Part shown: positions 44,950 through 54,286 of the stretch, piece after piece
Layout: every line of letters begins with the position of its first letter
How positions within the stretch are numbered: the first letter of the stretch is position 1
The notes under the pieces: generated by a model
What the model saw: the letters and a program-made list of their open reading frames with translations, nothing else
Databases searched by the model: none
Told to the model about the DNA's origin: nothing
Source: a virus
Virus record (IMG/VR): IMGVR_UViG_3300032431_000003
Span: 13,926-77,925 of that record
Strand: one strand, 5' to 3'
DNA: 64,000 nucleotides
Position numbers and translations under genes: made by a program

Positions 44950-45180
44950 CTACTTCATCCGAGGTTTGGAAAGGTGCTTGAGAGTGCCTAGCCGAGGAAT
45001 AACTCGACGATAGGAATTGGGTATCTTGGGCAAAGTATTCTTCGCTCTCGTCGCTGCCTTGCCTAGTTTCCTGAGACGACCTCGAATATGCCCTGTCTTT
45101 TGGAGCTTTGTCATCCCCGTTGGCATCTGAAGCTCTGCGTATTTCGTTGCAAACTCAATGAGACTATTGTAGTGATTCAT
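44950..45180 (-). CDS. small basic protein with IEF leader
   Basis: MNHYNSLIEF|ATKY..., K/R-rich remainder. Confidence 0.65.
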   Translation of the reverse strand: MNHYNSLIEFATKYAELQMPTGMTKLQKTGHIRGRLRKLGKAATRAKNTLPKIPNSYRRVIPRLGTLKHLSKPRMK

Positions 45181-45239
45181 GGCTAAGCCCTTGCAGAGCG
45201 TATATTATGATAGTTGATATAAAAAACCCTTGATTTTCC

Positions 45240-45707
45240 ATGACACAGAAAACTGCAACTCGACGAGGTAAATTTGGACGACCCAACGGGATTAGTCATA
45301 ACAGCTTTCTTGCCCTACTTCGACTTGAATCGAGGATTAGTCAGAAAGAAGTTGCCATAGCAACCCACGTCTCGCAGCCCCTGGTTAGCAATATCGAGAA
45401 AGGGAAAACCCCAGCAGACATATTATACTTATACAGACTAGCTGAACTTTATGCCGTTCCATCCTTCGGTGAATTTTGTGAGAAGTACCTCCAAGACCTC
45501 ATTAGCCACCTTTCGCCGCAGTCTATCAAGGCAGCATCGGCGAAATATCAGTCAATCTCTCCGGCGCAGGGGAATCATGAGCAGCAAAAACCCAGCCCGA
45601 CCCCATCTGAGACCGAGGGCAGTCAGATTGACGAACGGCTCAATTCTGATAATCAAGCCCAGACCCCTTTAATAAAGAATGAAGACCTTCACCCCGCTAT
45701 TTTCTAA
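45240..45707 (+). CDS. XRE-family HTH transcriptional regulator
   Basis: LRLESRISQKEVAIATHVSQPLVSNIEKGKTP...LAELY. Confidence 0.85.
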   Translation: MTQKTATRRGKFGRPNGISHNSFLALLRLESRISQKEVAIATHVSQPLVSNIEKGKTPADILYLYRLAELYAVPSFGEFCEKYLQDLISHLSPQSIKAASAKYQSISPAQGNHEQQKPSPTPSETEGSQIDERLNSDNQAQTPLIKNEDLHPAIF

Positions 45708-46665
45708 GCTACCAATTCCTTGCGCCCTGATTAACGAAGACAACGTAGTCACTATGGCTTCCGAAGCAGCTATAGAAATAGGATATTGTATTGGCAAAAA
45801 GATTGAGTCAGACTGGCTCGACAACTTTAACAACTTAAAAGAGACTAAAGGGAGGCTAGAGGTCTTTTGCAGCCAAAACTGGTGGCTCGTTCAATTAGAA
45901 AGAGTCGAAAAGGGGGTGGTGCTTATTGCCACGAACATCTCAAAGGAGAAGTCGTTAATCGAGGTACTAGAGTCGAGGAATCAAAAGCAGACCGATCTGG
46001 GTCGTCAAATATTCCATCACGATGCCATTACATTCCTTAACGGTATTGACTTTTGGGTAGAAGAGGCATCTGACTCATCCCCCGACAATAATGCAATAAA
46101 AAGAATAGGCAGCATATCCCTAGAGCTTCGGAATTTGATGGAAGGAAGTTCATATCTTTATGGGGCAGGAAAAACTCCTCTGAGAGCATTGGTTCTCAAG
46201 GAGTTGGTTGAGCATGTACTGGAAATACTGGAACCTCGCATCAAGGAGAAGGAAGCAATTGTAACAGTGGAAGGTAATGGAACTATTGTTTGGGGTGATA
46301 CGAATCGACTAGGGCGAGTACTGATGAATCTGATCTCTAATGCACTTAATTATCAACCTCTCAGGAAATCTCATATCCCAGTCGTAAAAATATCAATAAA
46401 GCCAGAGTCAGAGCAGGGGCTTGTTACCTTAGAGGTGGAGGACAACGGAATTGGTGTGTCAGCAGAGTATCAAGAGCGGATATTCTCTCCGCTATCAAGG
46501 CTGCACGGGAGTCAGGATTACCCAGGTTCAGGGCTGGGGCTGGCTATTGTGGAACGGATTATATTGGAACACAATGGAAGTGTAGGAGTATCCAGTGAAG
46601 GAGACGGATCAACATTTTGGATTAAAATACCAGGGCATCAGGCACGTTCTGCTAGTAGAGGATGA
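45679..46665 (+). CDS. sensor histidine kinase (degenerate PAS-like N-terminus, HisKA-like, HATPase_c)
   Basis: H box FHHD; N box VLMNLISNALNY; G1 VEDNGIGV; F box RIFSPLSRLH; G2 YPGSGLGLAIV. Confidence 0.9.
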   Translation: MKTFTPLFSKLPIPCALINEDNVVTMASEAAIEIGYCIGKKIESDWLDNFNNLKETKGRLEVFCSQNWWLVQLERVEKGVVLIATNISKEKSLIEVLESRNQKQTDLGRQIFHHDAITFLNGIDFWVEEASDSSPDNNAIKRIGSISLELRNLMEGSSYLYGAGKTPLRALVLKELVEHVLEILEPRIKEKEAIVTVEGNGTIVWGDTNRLGRVLMNLISNALNYQPLRKSHIPVVKISIKPESEQGLVTLEVEDNGIGVSAEYQERIFSPLSRLHGSQDYPGSGLGLAIVERIILEHNGSVGVSSEGDGSTFWIKIPGHQARSASRG

Positions 46666-47062
46666 CTTGAGTGCAACTGAGATGGTTCGAGTTATTTTTG
46701 CAAGAATGCAGAATAGTTCAACGATCAACACCGTTCAACACTATGCACTCTGGGAAATAAACAATGGGAAAAGTGCCGTGCAGACTCTCAGGGAGATGCC
46801 TTTCGATCTAATACTTCTAGACATCTCGCTACCCATTATGTCTGGGTTTGAGGTCTTAACTCTTGTTAGGGCAATGCACATTTATACTCCAATATTTATG
46901 TTTTCCTCGTCAAGCAATACCTTGGATGTTCACAAGGCATACGATCTGGGAGCCAATGGATTCATATTAAAATCCGAAGGAAGAAGGCAAATAGAACTTC
47001 GCATAAGGGCTGTTTGTGACTGTTATTTTAATTACTTACTACTGCCATGCCCTCTATATTGA
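46595..47062 (+). CDS. single-domain response regulator (Rcp1-like)
   Basis: VLLVEDD, DLILLDISLP..SGFEVL, FSSS and AYDLGANGFILK; GTG start with AGGAG RBS. Confidence 0.9.
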   Translation: MKETDQHFGLKYQGIRHVLLVEDDLSATEMVRVIFARMQNSSTINTVQHYALWEINNGKSAVQTLREMPFDLILLDISLPIMSGFEVLTLVRAMHIYTPIFMFSSSSNTLDVHKAYDLGANGFILKSEGRRQIELRIRAVCDCYFNYLLLPCPLY

Positions 47063-48147
47063 TTATCGATGACACCCCCGAAAACTGTGAAGCTCTAGCG
47101 ATGAATCTCGATGCCCTGGGTATGTCCAGTGAATCAAGGATAGTCGCTTACTCAATAGACAAAGGGCTGGAAGCCATTCAAGAGTTCCCCAGTATTCGGA
47201 CTATTTTGCTTGATCTTCGATTGCCGGGGATAAAGATGGGCGAAGTAGTCGGCAAGGTGCAGGAAGTGTTGGAATTGTGTGGAAATACTAAGGCAGTCAT
47301 CATTCCCATCTCAGTAGGATCAACGAACCCTTCCGTTGTCAATACCACGGAAATCGCTAATTCTATAACAGGCCCAAAAGCGTTGTCGAAAGTGCTGCAA
47401 ATAGCCGACAACCATGTAGAGCAGAACATATCAAGGGAAGATAGGGAGGACATTCGAGGTGGGGCAACAAGGCTAGAGGGAAAGGTTGAGAAGATAGAAG
47501 CAATGCTCTTGGCTTTCAAGGAAGAAAACAGGGAGTTAAAACTTGAATTAAAGGAAGTCAAGTCCGTCTTGCTTGCGCTCAAGATGGTAGTAGATGATCC
47601 CCTACTTCTATGGAAGCTAATCCTTCGACACCCCGCAATTCAAGTAGCCGTAATAGCAATTGTTATCAGCAATATGGATTCAATGTTCGAGGCGTGGCAG
47701 AAAGCCAAGAAACTTTGGGACTCAGGGGCAGAAAACACTAGCCATCTGTCTCGCAATGTTGTCGCCCAGTCCTTCAAAGAGCCTACCGTCGTCGAGTCCA
47801 ATGACCAAAAACCCAACCTCGCAATTTACCGCAGCAACTCCACTTTCTTGCAGGGCTCCATCAACAATGGTGATTGGCGCAATCCGACTTCCCCGCTCTC
47901 CAGTTGTAATCTTGGCTGGATCGACAAGGATAAAGCGAGTGTCGGACAGAAATATCCGAACCTCGCCACTACCCTGAGCACACGATGCCATGTATTCATT
48001 GGGTACTTGGGAGCCAACAAGAGAAAGCAGCCTACCTCGATAACCTACGAGTCTTGCTTCCGAGCTTGGGGCGACCCTCCGCATCTGATCTACGATACCG
48101 ACGGCTCCTGTCCAGTTTTGGGAGCAAACGGCGACCTGAAGGCGTGA
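47047..48147 (+). CDS. receiver-domain protein with coiled coil and hydrophobic helix; C-terminal ~140 aa antisense to another gene
   Basis: ILIIDD and ILLDLRLPG motifs; coiled coil; IQVAVIAIVIS segment. Confidence 0.7.
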   Translation: MPSILIIDDTPENCEALAMNLDALGMSSESRIVAYSIDKGLEAIQEFPSIRTILLDLRLPGIKMGEVVGKVQEVLELCGNTKAVIIPISVGSTNPSVVNTTEIANSITGPKALSKVLQIADNHVEQNISREDREDIRGGATRLEGKVEKIEAMLLAFKEENRELKLELKEVKSVLLALKMVVDDPLLLWKLILRHPAIQVAVIAIVISNMDSMFEAWQKAKKLWDSGAENTSHLSRNVVAQSFKEPTVVESNDQKPNLAIYRSNSTFLQGSINNGDWRNPTSPLSSCNLGWIDKDKASVGQKYPNLATTLSTRCHVFIGYLGANKRKQPTSITYESCFRAWGDPPHLIYDTDGSCPVLGANGDLKA

Positions 48148-48198
48148 ATTTAGATTCGACGTGTTGATCGATGCGAGTAAAACTAGCTCTGGAATCAT
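47722..48198 (-). CDS. hypothetical protein of cyanobacterial type
   Basis: LQVAVCSQNW..AVGIVDQM...P....L.GYRGRL helical motif recalled from cyanobacterial hypothetical proteins. Confidence 0.55.
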   Translation of the reverse strand: MIPELVLLASINTSNLNSRLQVAVCSQNWTGAVGIVDQMRRVAPSSEARLVGYRGRLLSLVGSQVPNEYMASCAQGSGEVRIFLSDTRFILVDPAKITTGERGSRIAPITIVDGALQESGVAAVNCEVGFLVIGLDDGRLFEGLGDNIARQMASVFCP

Positions 48199-51100
48199 GG
48201 GGAATGGTGAATGTGGCTAAGGTTTTTCTGACCAAGAACTGAGAGAGTCGATCACTTTGGGAGAATCCGATCTGGAGTAACCCAAGCTCTATTGATTCTA
48301 ACTCAGTCCGCCGCCGACCAAGGAGAACTCGGACACCAGAGTAGTTCTTCTCCGAAACGTTGAGTGGACTATCCACTTCGTCAATGCCCAGTATCCCTCT
48401 TAGCTCCGCCAAGGGCTTGCCCAACCTCGCTTCCGCCGCAGGGATTCCTCCTCGAAAACGATCAGGGTTGTCAACGTAGCGGGGATTCGACAAGGTGATT
48501 CTAGAGGGAAAGGATAGTCCAGCCGCAGTGTCTTCGGTTACGGACACGTCAACTTGGAAGCCCGTCTTTACTCGAATGTCTTCAACCTTGCTCAAGACTT
48601 TACCCCAAGCCTTGCCTCGAAGTCCTTCAAGTCTATTAACTTCGGCTATGGCTTTGTTTCGAGCAAAGAACAGTTCCAGTCCACCGCTTCTTTGAGCCGC
48701 AACGACAACATCGATCTCTCCTTGAGTTAACCTCTGAATATATTCATGCTCCGCAGAAGTAAGTTGACCACCCGATACGTGCTTATTGATAATTCCAAGG
48801 GCGGACTTTTGATTCACAGAAGTCAATAATCCCCTATGAGCCAAGGAGGTAACTGTGTTTCGGTCTTGGCTAACCAGGCTACTTGCCTTTGTAGCCGACC
48901 TTGCCTGAGCTATGTTTTCCTTGAGTTCCGCCGTAGTCTTCGCTACCCCGCCAATGCTGACGGGCTTGGCTATCTCTGCTTCAATCAACCGTTTAGCCTC
49001 TTGAAGCTCAGTAATAGTCTGGCTTGATTTAGCCAAGTAAGTAGCTTGCTTCTTCTTGATCTCATTGCGAATCTCTGGCGCAACTTCGGTGTAGTAGTTC
49101 AGATGAGCGTCCCTCAGTCCCGTGGTCTGAATTGTCCCATCAGGTCTCCTGACTCCTTCGAGCCCTTTCTCAATCTTGGCAGCGTAATCATCGAAAGCTT
49201 TTAGTCCTGCCTGCTGGTTAGCAATCTCTTGAGCAAGAGCGGTGTCTGCCTTCTCTAGTAGTGGAGCAAGGTTCCTAGTCTTGGTGTCGTAATCAATGAC
49301 CCTTTCTAAAGTAGGGATTGCCCCGACCTTTGTGACAACTCCATTGACTACTACTTCTTTTTCCAGCTTGTTTCTGACGCTCTCGAAGATGCGCCTACGA
49401 AAGGCGGCGGCACTCTCCGCACCGATAGCAGACTTACCTGCCGAGCCAAGTCCAGCAATGATTTCTGGATCGTTGATCGTATCAATGACTCTTTGCATGT
49501 TACGAAACACGTAGTCAGCCCCTTCTGGTCCAGAGACAAGACTGAGCAAAGAAAGATTGTCGTTAACGGTTTTCTGGGCTGAAGACAAACCCATCGTTGC
49601 GGTTCTCTCAATGCCGGACAATTCCTCCTGGAATAAAGTCGTCCCATCCGTTCGGGGACGAAACTTGTCAAGAACTGTCTCAGCGTTGGAATTAACTCGA
49701 ACCCCTTCACTCTTCGCTAGCTCCCGGAGATTCTCTAGCGGCGGACTGATCCTCTGAAGAGCAACGTTTCTTTGCTTGTCATCCCCAAAAGTCTGCTTGT
49801 ACCTCTTGGACTGGAGGGCAGACAAGTCACCTTTTTTCTTTGGCAATTTCTGTAAATCTTTCAGCATTGCCTTTAGTTGATCTCTCGAATTAGCTAAACG
49901 AGCCAATGTATCTGGCTGATTTGCTCTAGCCAAGCGAGAAATAGCTGCCTCAGTGGCCGCTAATTGAGAGTTGATACTTTGAACTAATGGAACGTCATCT
50001 AGCGAGGGAATACCGAAATCATTATTGCCAGAAGCCCTGATCTGCGCCCTGACCTCGCCAAGCTGAGAGTTCATTGCTCTCTGTTGCTCAGGGGTAAATT
50101 TAGCCAATTCCGCAGAAGTTAGCCCAAAAGCGGGTAACTCTAGCTGGCTTCCCGCCTCACCCAACTGGGTCTTGAGTCGATGAACTCGTCCCTGGACTTC
50201 TGGCGTGTTGATCAGTTCAGAGTATTCTTTGACCACCCCGTTACGGATAGCCAATAACTGATCCCTTTTTACTTCCATCTCTCTTTGCCTTACCGATGCT
50301 GCCGACTCAGGAATTCCGCCTCGTCCGGGTCTAGGATCGGGAACGAAGGAGTCTTTGAGTTGCTTGTCAATATCGGAGATTTCCTTGGACAACCGAGCAA
50401 TATCTTTTTGGTAGGCGGGGGAGAGTACGTCCACGGGCACAAGGTCTCCGGTCTGCGAACCCAATGCTTCGGCGTAGCTAGCCTTAATTTTCTCCGCTTT
50501 CGTTGCCAATTCAACGACCGTATCTTGAGTAGTGTTAGCTAACCTACTAAGCCTCTCGGCAATAGCCTGTTGTCCTCGTGCAACTTTGATAGCAGCGTTT
50601 GCCTTGGTCTGAGCAGGTCGAGTATTTAATCTACTTCCGGGAACGCTCACCGCACTACCAAAGACTCTGGATTGTAAATCGGTCTTAAGCTGATCCACCT
50701 CCGTCAATACTTGCTGTTGAGCAGAAAGAGCTTGCCGAGTCTTTACGGGGAGCATTCTACTGATATCAGCCCTTTTTAGATCGCTTTGGGGAGTGATGGC
50801 TCCAATAGCAGCTTCCCCTAGGAGACCTGAAACATTGCTGACGATGGTTCCGGGGTCGGCAATCTTTGACCTTAGAGTCGATTCAAAGATTTGCTGTACC
50901 GTGCGCTGAGGAACTGTAACAGCCTTAGATGGCTCAAGGAATGACAGTTCTCTTGGGTCTAAAAGGATAGGTTTTACGGGCAGGGATATCGATGATTCTG
51001 TTTTTGGTGTTTCGGATACTTTCTCTACAAAAGCTCGGACTAAAGCATCGAAAGCTGGGTTCCCGATATCTTTTCCCGTAGCAGCTAAACGATCCCGCAT

Positions 51101-53380
51101 TACTTGCATCCCTTCCCACTCCCCGTCTTTGTGGGCTTCCACGATTCTCCGAGCAATAGCCATCGAAACCCCTGCTCGATCAGAGATTTCCTTGGCGGCT
51201 CTCTCTGTGGGACCTTCGACAGCGATGAGTTCGTTGATGTTGATCCGAGCTAGTTGCCCACCCTTGACAATCCGGTCAACCGTCTTCGGTCCAACCCCCT
51301 TGATGGATCGAAGCATTTCAGTCAGTTCTTCCTTGGTCTTTGGTGGAGTCCGTGATATTAGTTGGACAATGCTTTGAGCCAAGGATTCTTTATTGGTACT
51401 CCCTGCTGGAAGTAGTCCAAGCCAATCGGATTGCCCCATCTGGCTTACTTCAAGTCCGCCAATCTCGACCTCTCCTCGCTCAGGGATGGCTAGTTTTGCT
51501 CGAAGTTGTCTTCTAATGTAATCATCTAAAGCATTCCCCTTCTCCCTTGACCCAGTGATTCCAATGAGTTGATCAAGGGAGAGTTGGCGGACATCGGGGT
51601 ACTGCATTAGTTCTGGATACAGTCGAAGCAAGCTGTCGGGAAGGAGCCTTTGGGCTGGAGCTACCTGAGACAAGGGTGCTGTCATTCGCTGCTGAAAAGC
51701 CTTCATCTCCTTTCTCAAGGTTTGAACTTGCCATTGAGTCAGTCCGTGAACTTTCTGTAACTGACCGTCAGTTACTCCATTCAGGTTCACGTTCTGAGTG
51801 GCTAGTCGGTAGAAAGAAGGCTGCTCTTGTAGCTTCAAGGAGATGACGCTGGAGGACATCGGGGGAATCTTTGCTGCCACTGATGCTCTTTCGGACTGAG
51901 TTTCCTTCTCTCTGAGGTATTCAACTGCCTTGCTCAATGCTTCGGACTCAATGCCCTGAGCAACATTGCTACCTATGTCAGAGATACCGGGGATACCGGA
52001 GCCCTGGGGTTCCCCGGACGACCTTGACTTCATCTCTTTGCTGAACTCATTGAGTAACAAGTAAAGCCCACCTAGCCCCAAGGTAACTCCGGCTCCTATG
52101 GTGAGTGCCTTGATTAGCATTGCTCTCCGAGACCTCGCTGCCAACATCTCGGCTCGTCTAGCTTGGACTGCGGCAACTCCAGCTTGAATCCCTGCGTTAA
52201 TTCCGCCTCTTATCCCAGCCTGAATGCCAAGACCAATACCCACTCCTAGAAGTGCCCTGCTTTTAGTCCATGCCTGAGCGATAGGAGATACCTTGGCTCT
52301 TGCGGGGTCTAAGTTGGGGTCTTTGTCGTCCTCACGATCTCGGTTGTCGTTGTCATCAACGGGTTCAAAGTGGCATCGACAATGGGGATGAGCGGGAATG
52401 ATGAACTGGCTAGCATCGAAGCGATTGTTGCCTTGAGCTAAGAGTTCATTAATATTTAAGATCATTCCATTCCTGTCGCCACAGATAGCGCAAGCTCCTC
52501 TATCCAAGTTCACCCAGCGAACTTTTCTGACATCGGCTTGAAGATAAGTATTGAGTCGCCCCATTGAATAAGCTGCCGATAATTCAGTCGAAGCAATTCT
52601 TCGGGCTGCGGAGGAAGCACGGAACTGTCGATCAGATATCTCCTTGGAAGTCTCAGGATCGATCTTCTCCTTGCTTCTCTCCATGTTCCCGTAATCTCTC
52701 ATGCCAATGGGATCGACGGCGTATCTAATCTCATCGAATAACTGCTTCTTGGCAAGCTCCGGCATCCCCTTGTCTGTTCGATGTCTCTGGATCGACTTAT
52801 TTATAGAGGTGATGACTTGGGATTGGACACCGCCCTCGTAGCCCCTTGCTACAGCCTGTCCTCTGGCTATAACGGCTTCACTAAGCACAGAGCGAGACAA
52901 GGGCATCCCGTAGTTTGGTGGATAAACTACCATGAAAGGATTACTCTTTGCCTTGACAGTTCGAGCCGATACAGGGTCTTTCTCTTCTAGAGTAGAACTG
53001 TCTTCTCCGGCAAATTCTGCTCTTGACCTTTGCTTCGAGACTCTCTGTTGCAAAGTGTTCAACTCCCGTGTGGCATCCGATGAACCCACACTCCACATTT
53101 CTCTCCATCCCGCATAGATAAGCTCCTCCACTCCACTCCCCACTCGCCAAGGAACAGCAGCAATAGCTTCAGGAGTAGCCTTGTCTAACATTGGAGCGAT
53201 CTTCTTGAGATAAGCCTTGGTTTCTTTACCAGCCAATTCATCGACACTCCGAGATAGCCAGTTCTCCCAGTAGTCGTGCTGCTCATGGATGGTTTGAGAT
53301 GGCAAAATTGTTCTGGGTAAAGAATTGTCTTTCGTGGCAAAGTTAGAGATAATAGGAGAGAAAACGGAATCAAAAGCCAT
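48032..53380 (-). CDS. giant MuF/SPP1 gp7-family minor head protein with TM, helix-hairpin-helix and coiled-coil extension
   Basis: RRIASTELSAAYSMGR...VRW...ACAIC..RNG...PAHPHCRC (MuF); hydrophobic segments; LRSIKGVGPKTVDRIV (HhH); start uncertain (53380, 53416 or 53443). Confidence 0.8.
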   Translation of the reverse strand: MAFDSVFSPIISNFATKDNSLPRTILPSQTIHEQHDYWENWLSRSVDELAGKETKAYLKKIAPMLDKATPEAIAAVPWRVGSGVEELIYAGWREMWSVGSSDATRELNTLQQRVSKQRSRAEFAGEDSSTLEEKDPVSARTVKAKSNPFMVVYPPNYGMPLSRSVLSEAVIARGQAVARGYEGGVQSQVITSINKSIQRHRTDKGMPELAKKQLFDEIRYAVDPIGMRDYGNMERSKEKIDPETSKEISDRQFRASSAARRIASTELSAAYSMGRLNTYLQADVRKVRWVNLDRGACAICGDRNGMILNINELLAQGNNRFDASQFIIPAHPHCRCHFEPVDDNDNRDREDDKDPNLDPARAKVSPIAQAWTKSRALLGVGIGLGIQAGIRGGINAGIQAGVAAVQARRAEMLAARSRRAMLIKALTIGAGVTLGLGGLYLLLNEFSKEMKSRSSGEPQGSGIPGISDIGSNVAQGIESEALSKAVEYLREKETQSERASVAAKIPPMSSSVISLKLQEQPSFYRLATQNVNLNGVTDGQLQKVHGLTQWQVQTLRKEMKAFQQRMTAPLSQVAPAQRLLPDSLLRLYPELMQYPDVRQLSLDQLIGITGSREKGNALDDYIRRQLRAKLAIPERGEVEIGGLEVSQMGQSDWLGLLPAGSTNKESLAQSIVQLISRTPPKTKEELTEMLRSIKGVGPKTVDRIVKGGQLARININELIAVEGPTERAAKEISDRAGVSMAIARRIVEAHKDGEWEGMQVMRDRLAATGKDIGNPAFDALVRAFVEKVSETPKTESSISLPVKPILLDPRELSFLEPSKAVTVPQRTVQQIFESTLRSKIADPGTIVSNVSGLLGEAAIGAITPQSDLKRADISRMLPVKTRQALSAQQQVLTEVDQLKTDLQSRVFGSAVSVPGSRLNTRPAQTKANAAIKVARGQQAIAERLSRLANTTQDTVVELATKAEKIKASYAEALGSQTGDLVPVDVLSPAYQKDIARLSKEISDIDKQLKDSFVPDPRPGRGGIPESAASVRQREMEVKRDQLLAIRNGVVKEYSELINTPEVQGRVHRLKTQLGEAGSQLELPAFGLTSAELAKFTPEQQRAMNSQLGEVRAQIRASGNNDFGIPSLDDVPLVQSINSQLAATEAAISRLARANQPDTLARLANSRDQLKAMLKDLQKLPKKKGDLSALQSKRYKQTFGDDKQRNVALQRISPPLENLRELAKSEGVRVNSNAETVLDKFRPRTDGTTLFQEELSGIERTATMGLSSAQKTVNDNLSLLSLVSGPEGADYVFRNMQRVIDTINDPEIIAGLGSAGKSAIGAESAAAFRRRIFESVRNKLEKEVVVNGVVTKVGAIPTLERVIDYDTKTRNLAPLLEKADTALAQEIANQQAGLKAFDDYAAKIEKGLEGVRRPDGTIQTTGLRDAHLNYYTEVAPEIRNEIKKKQATYLAKSSQTITELQEAKRLIEAEIAKPVSIGGVAKTTAELKENIAQARSATKASSLVSQDRNTVTSLAHRGLLTSVNQKSALGIINKHVSGGQLTSAEHEYIQRLTQGEIDVVVAAQRSGGLELFFARNKAIAEVNRLEGLRGKAWGKVLSKVEDIRVKTGFQVDVSVTEDTAAGLSFPSRITLSNPRYVDNPDRFRGGIPAAEARLGKPLAELRGILGIDEVDSPLNVSEKNYSGVRVLLGRRRTELESIELGLLQIGFSQSDRLSQFLVRKTLATFTIPHDSRASFTRIDQHVESKFTPSGRRLLPKLDRSRRYRRSDAEGRPKLGSKTRRLSR

Positions 53381-53837
53381 GACCATAAAATCTGCTACCG
53401 GGACTCCTAGCCGCATGAGTAGTACGGGGATTGCTACAAACATAACAACTACCCACAGTTATCTTAACGAGATTATGGAACTACTGATAAACAACGAGTT
53501 CTATCGCAATGAAGACATTCCTTGCCGAACAACGACAACAACTTCTAGTTACGATGCCAGCGATCCAACAACTTCGATCAATGGCACAATCTTGCAACTA
53601 ATTATCGTTGATGGGACAACGGGAACTCCGGCTCCCTTGGTAACAAGAACAATGACTATTACTTATAATTCCGACTCTGAAGTTCGAGGATTTGCAAAGC
53701 TGGCTATAGCTGACCTTGCCACTCTACCAGTCAACTCCACTGTCACCCTAGAATACCGAGTGTGGGCTACCTTTCCCGGATCAGTCCGTAATCTTGTAGA
53801 GCGAGGCACGTTTAAGTCTAAGCCAGCATTGCTCTAA
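53379..53837 (+). CDS. BppU-like beta-rich hypothetical protein
   Basis: EFYRNED...LEYRVWATFP...LVERGTF; start either 53379 or 53475. Confidence 0.55.
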   Translation: MTIKSATGTPSRMSSTGIATNITTTHSYLNEIMELLINNEFYRNEDIPCRTTTTTSSYDASDPTTSINGTILQLIIVDGTTGTPAPLVTRTMTITYNSDSEVRGFAKLAIADLATLPVNSTVTLEYRVWATFPGSVRNLVERGTFKSKPALL

Positions 53838-54286
53838 ACAACGAATAGATCAACTCCCCGTACCGACTCTGTGCCAGCAACTTCCTGAAGGAGTCCCTGA
53901 GTCACCCGAAGTGTCCTTCCTTTTAGGTGGAATATTGCCATCTTCCACTCGTCGTTAGCTTCGCTGTGTAACTTGTCGATAGCAAAAGGCACATTGACTA
54001 TCTTTGGCTTTAGCCTTGTCCTGTCGGCAATTACGGTGAATTCCGATGCCGACAGTAGGCATAAGCACTCTCCAATCAAAGAGTAAAGCTCAATGGTCTC
54101 TGGGAGGAGCTGAGTTCTCCACGCTAGATCAATGATTTGAGGCAACAAATGAAGCCTGCCTTCGATCTGGACAAGGAGAGTTAGCGCAGAAAAGTCAAGG
54201 ATTGTCACGGATCGAGCGGTGTTAATCAATGCCAATTCTTCAAAGCTGATAGCTGTCTGATCTGGAGCTAGAACGAACTGCCTCAT
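53834..54286 (-). CDS. hypothetical protein
   Basis: ATGA coupling to the FtsK-like gene. Confidence 0.6.
   Translation of the reverse strand: MRQFVLAPDQTAISFEELALINTARSVTILDFSALTLLVQIEGRLHLLPQIIDLAWRTQLLPETIELYSLIGECLCLLSASEFTVIADRTRLKPKIVNVPFAIDKLHSEANDEWKMAIFHLKGRTLRVTQGLLQEVAGTESVRGVDLFVV

Noticed and set aside
46595-46665. Kinase-receiver overlap as a frameshifted hybrid kinase
   Set aside because: The receiver has its own GTG with AGGAG 6 nt upstream, so separate translation is sufficient
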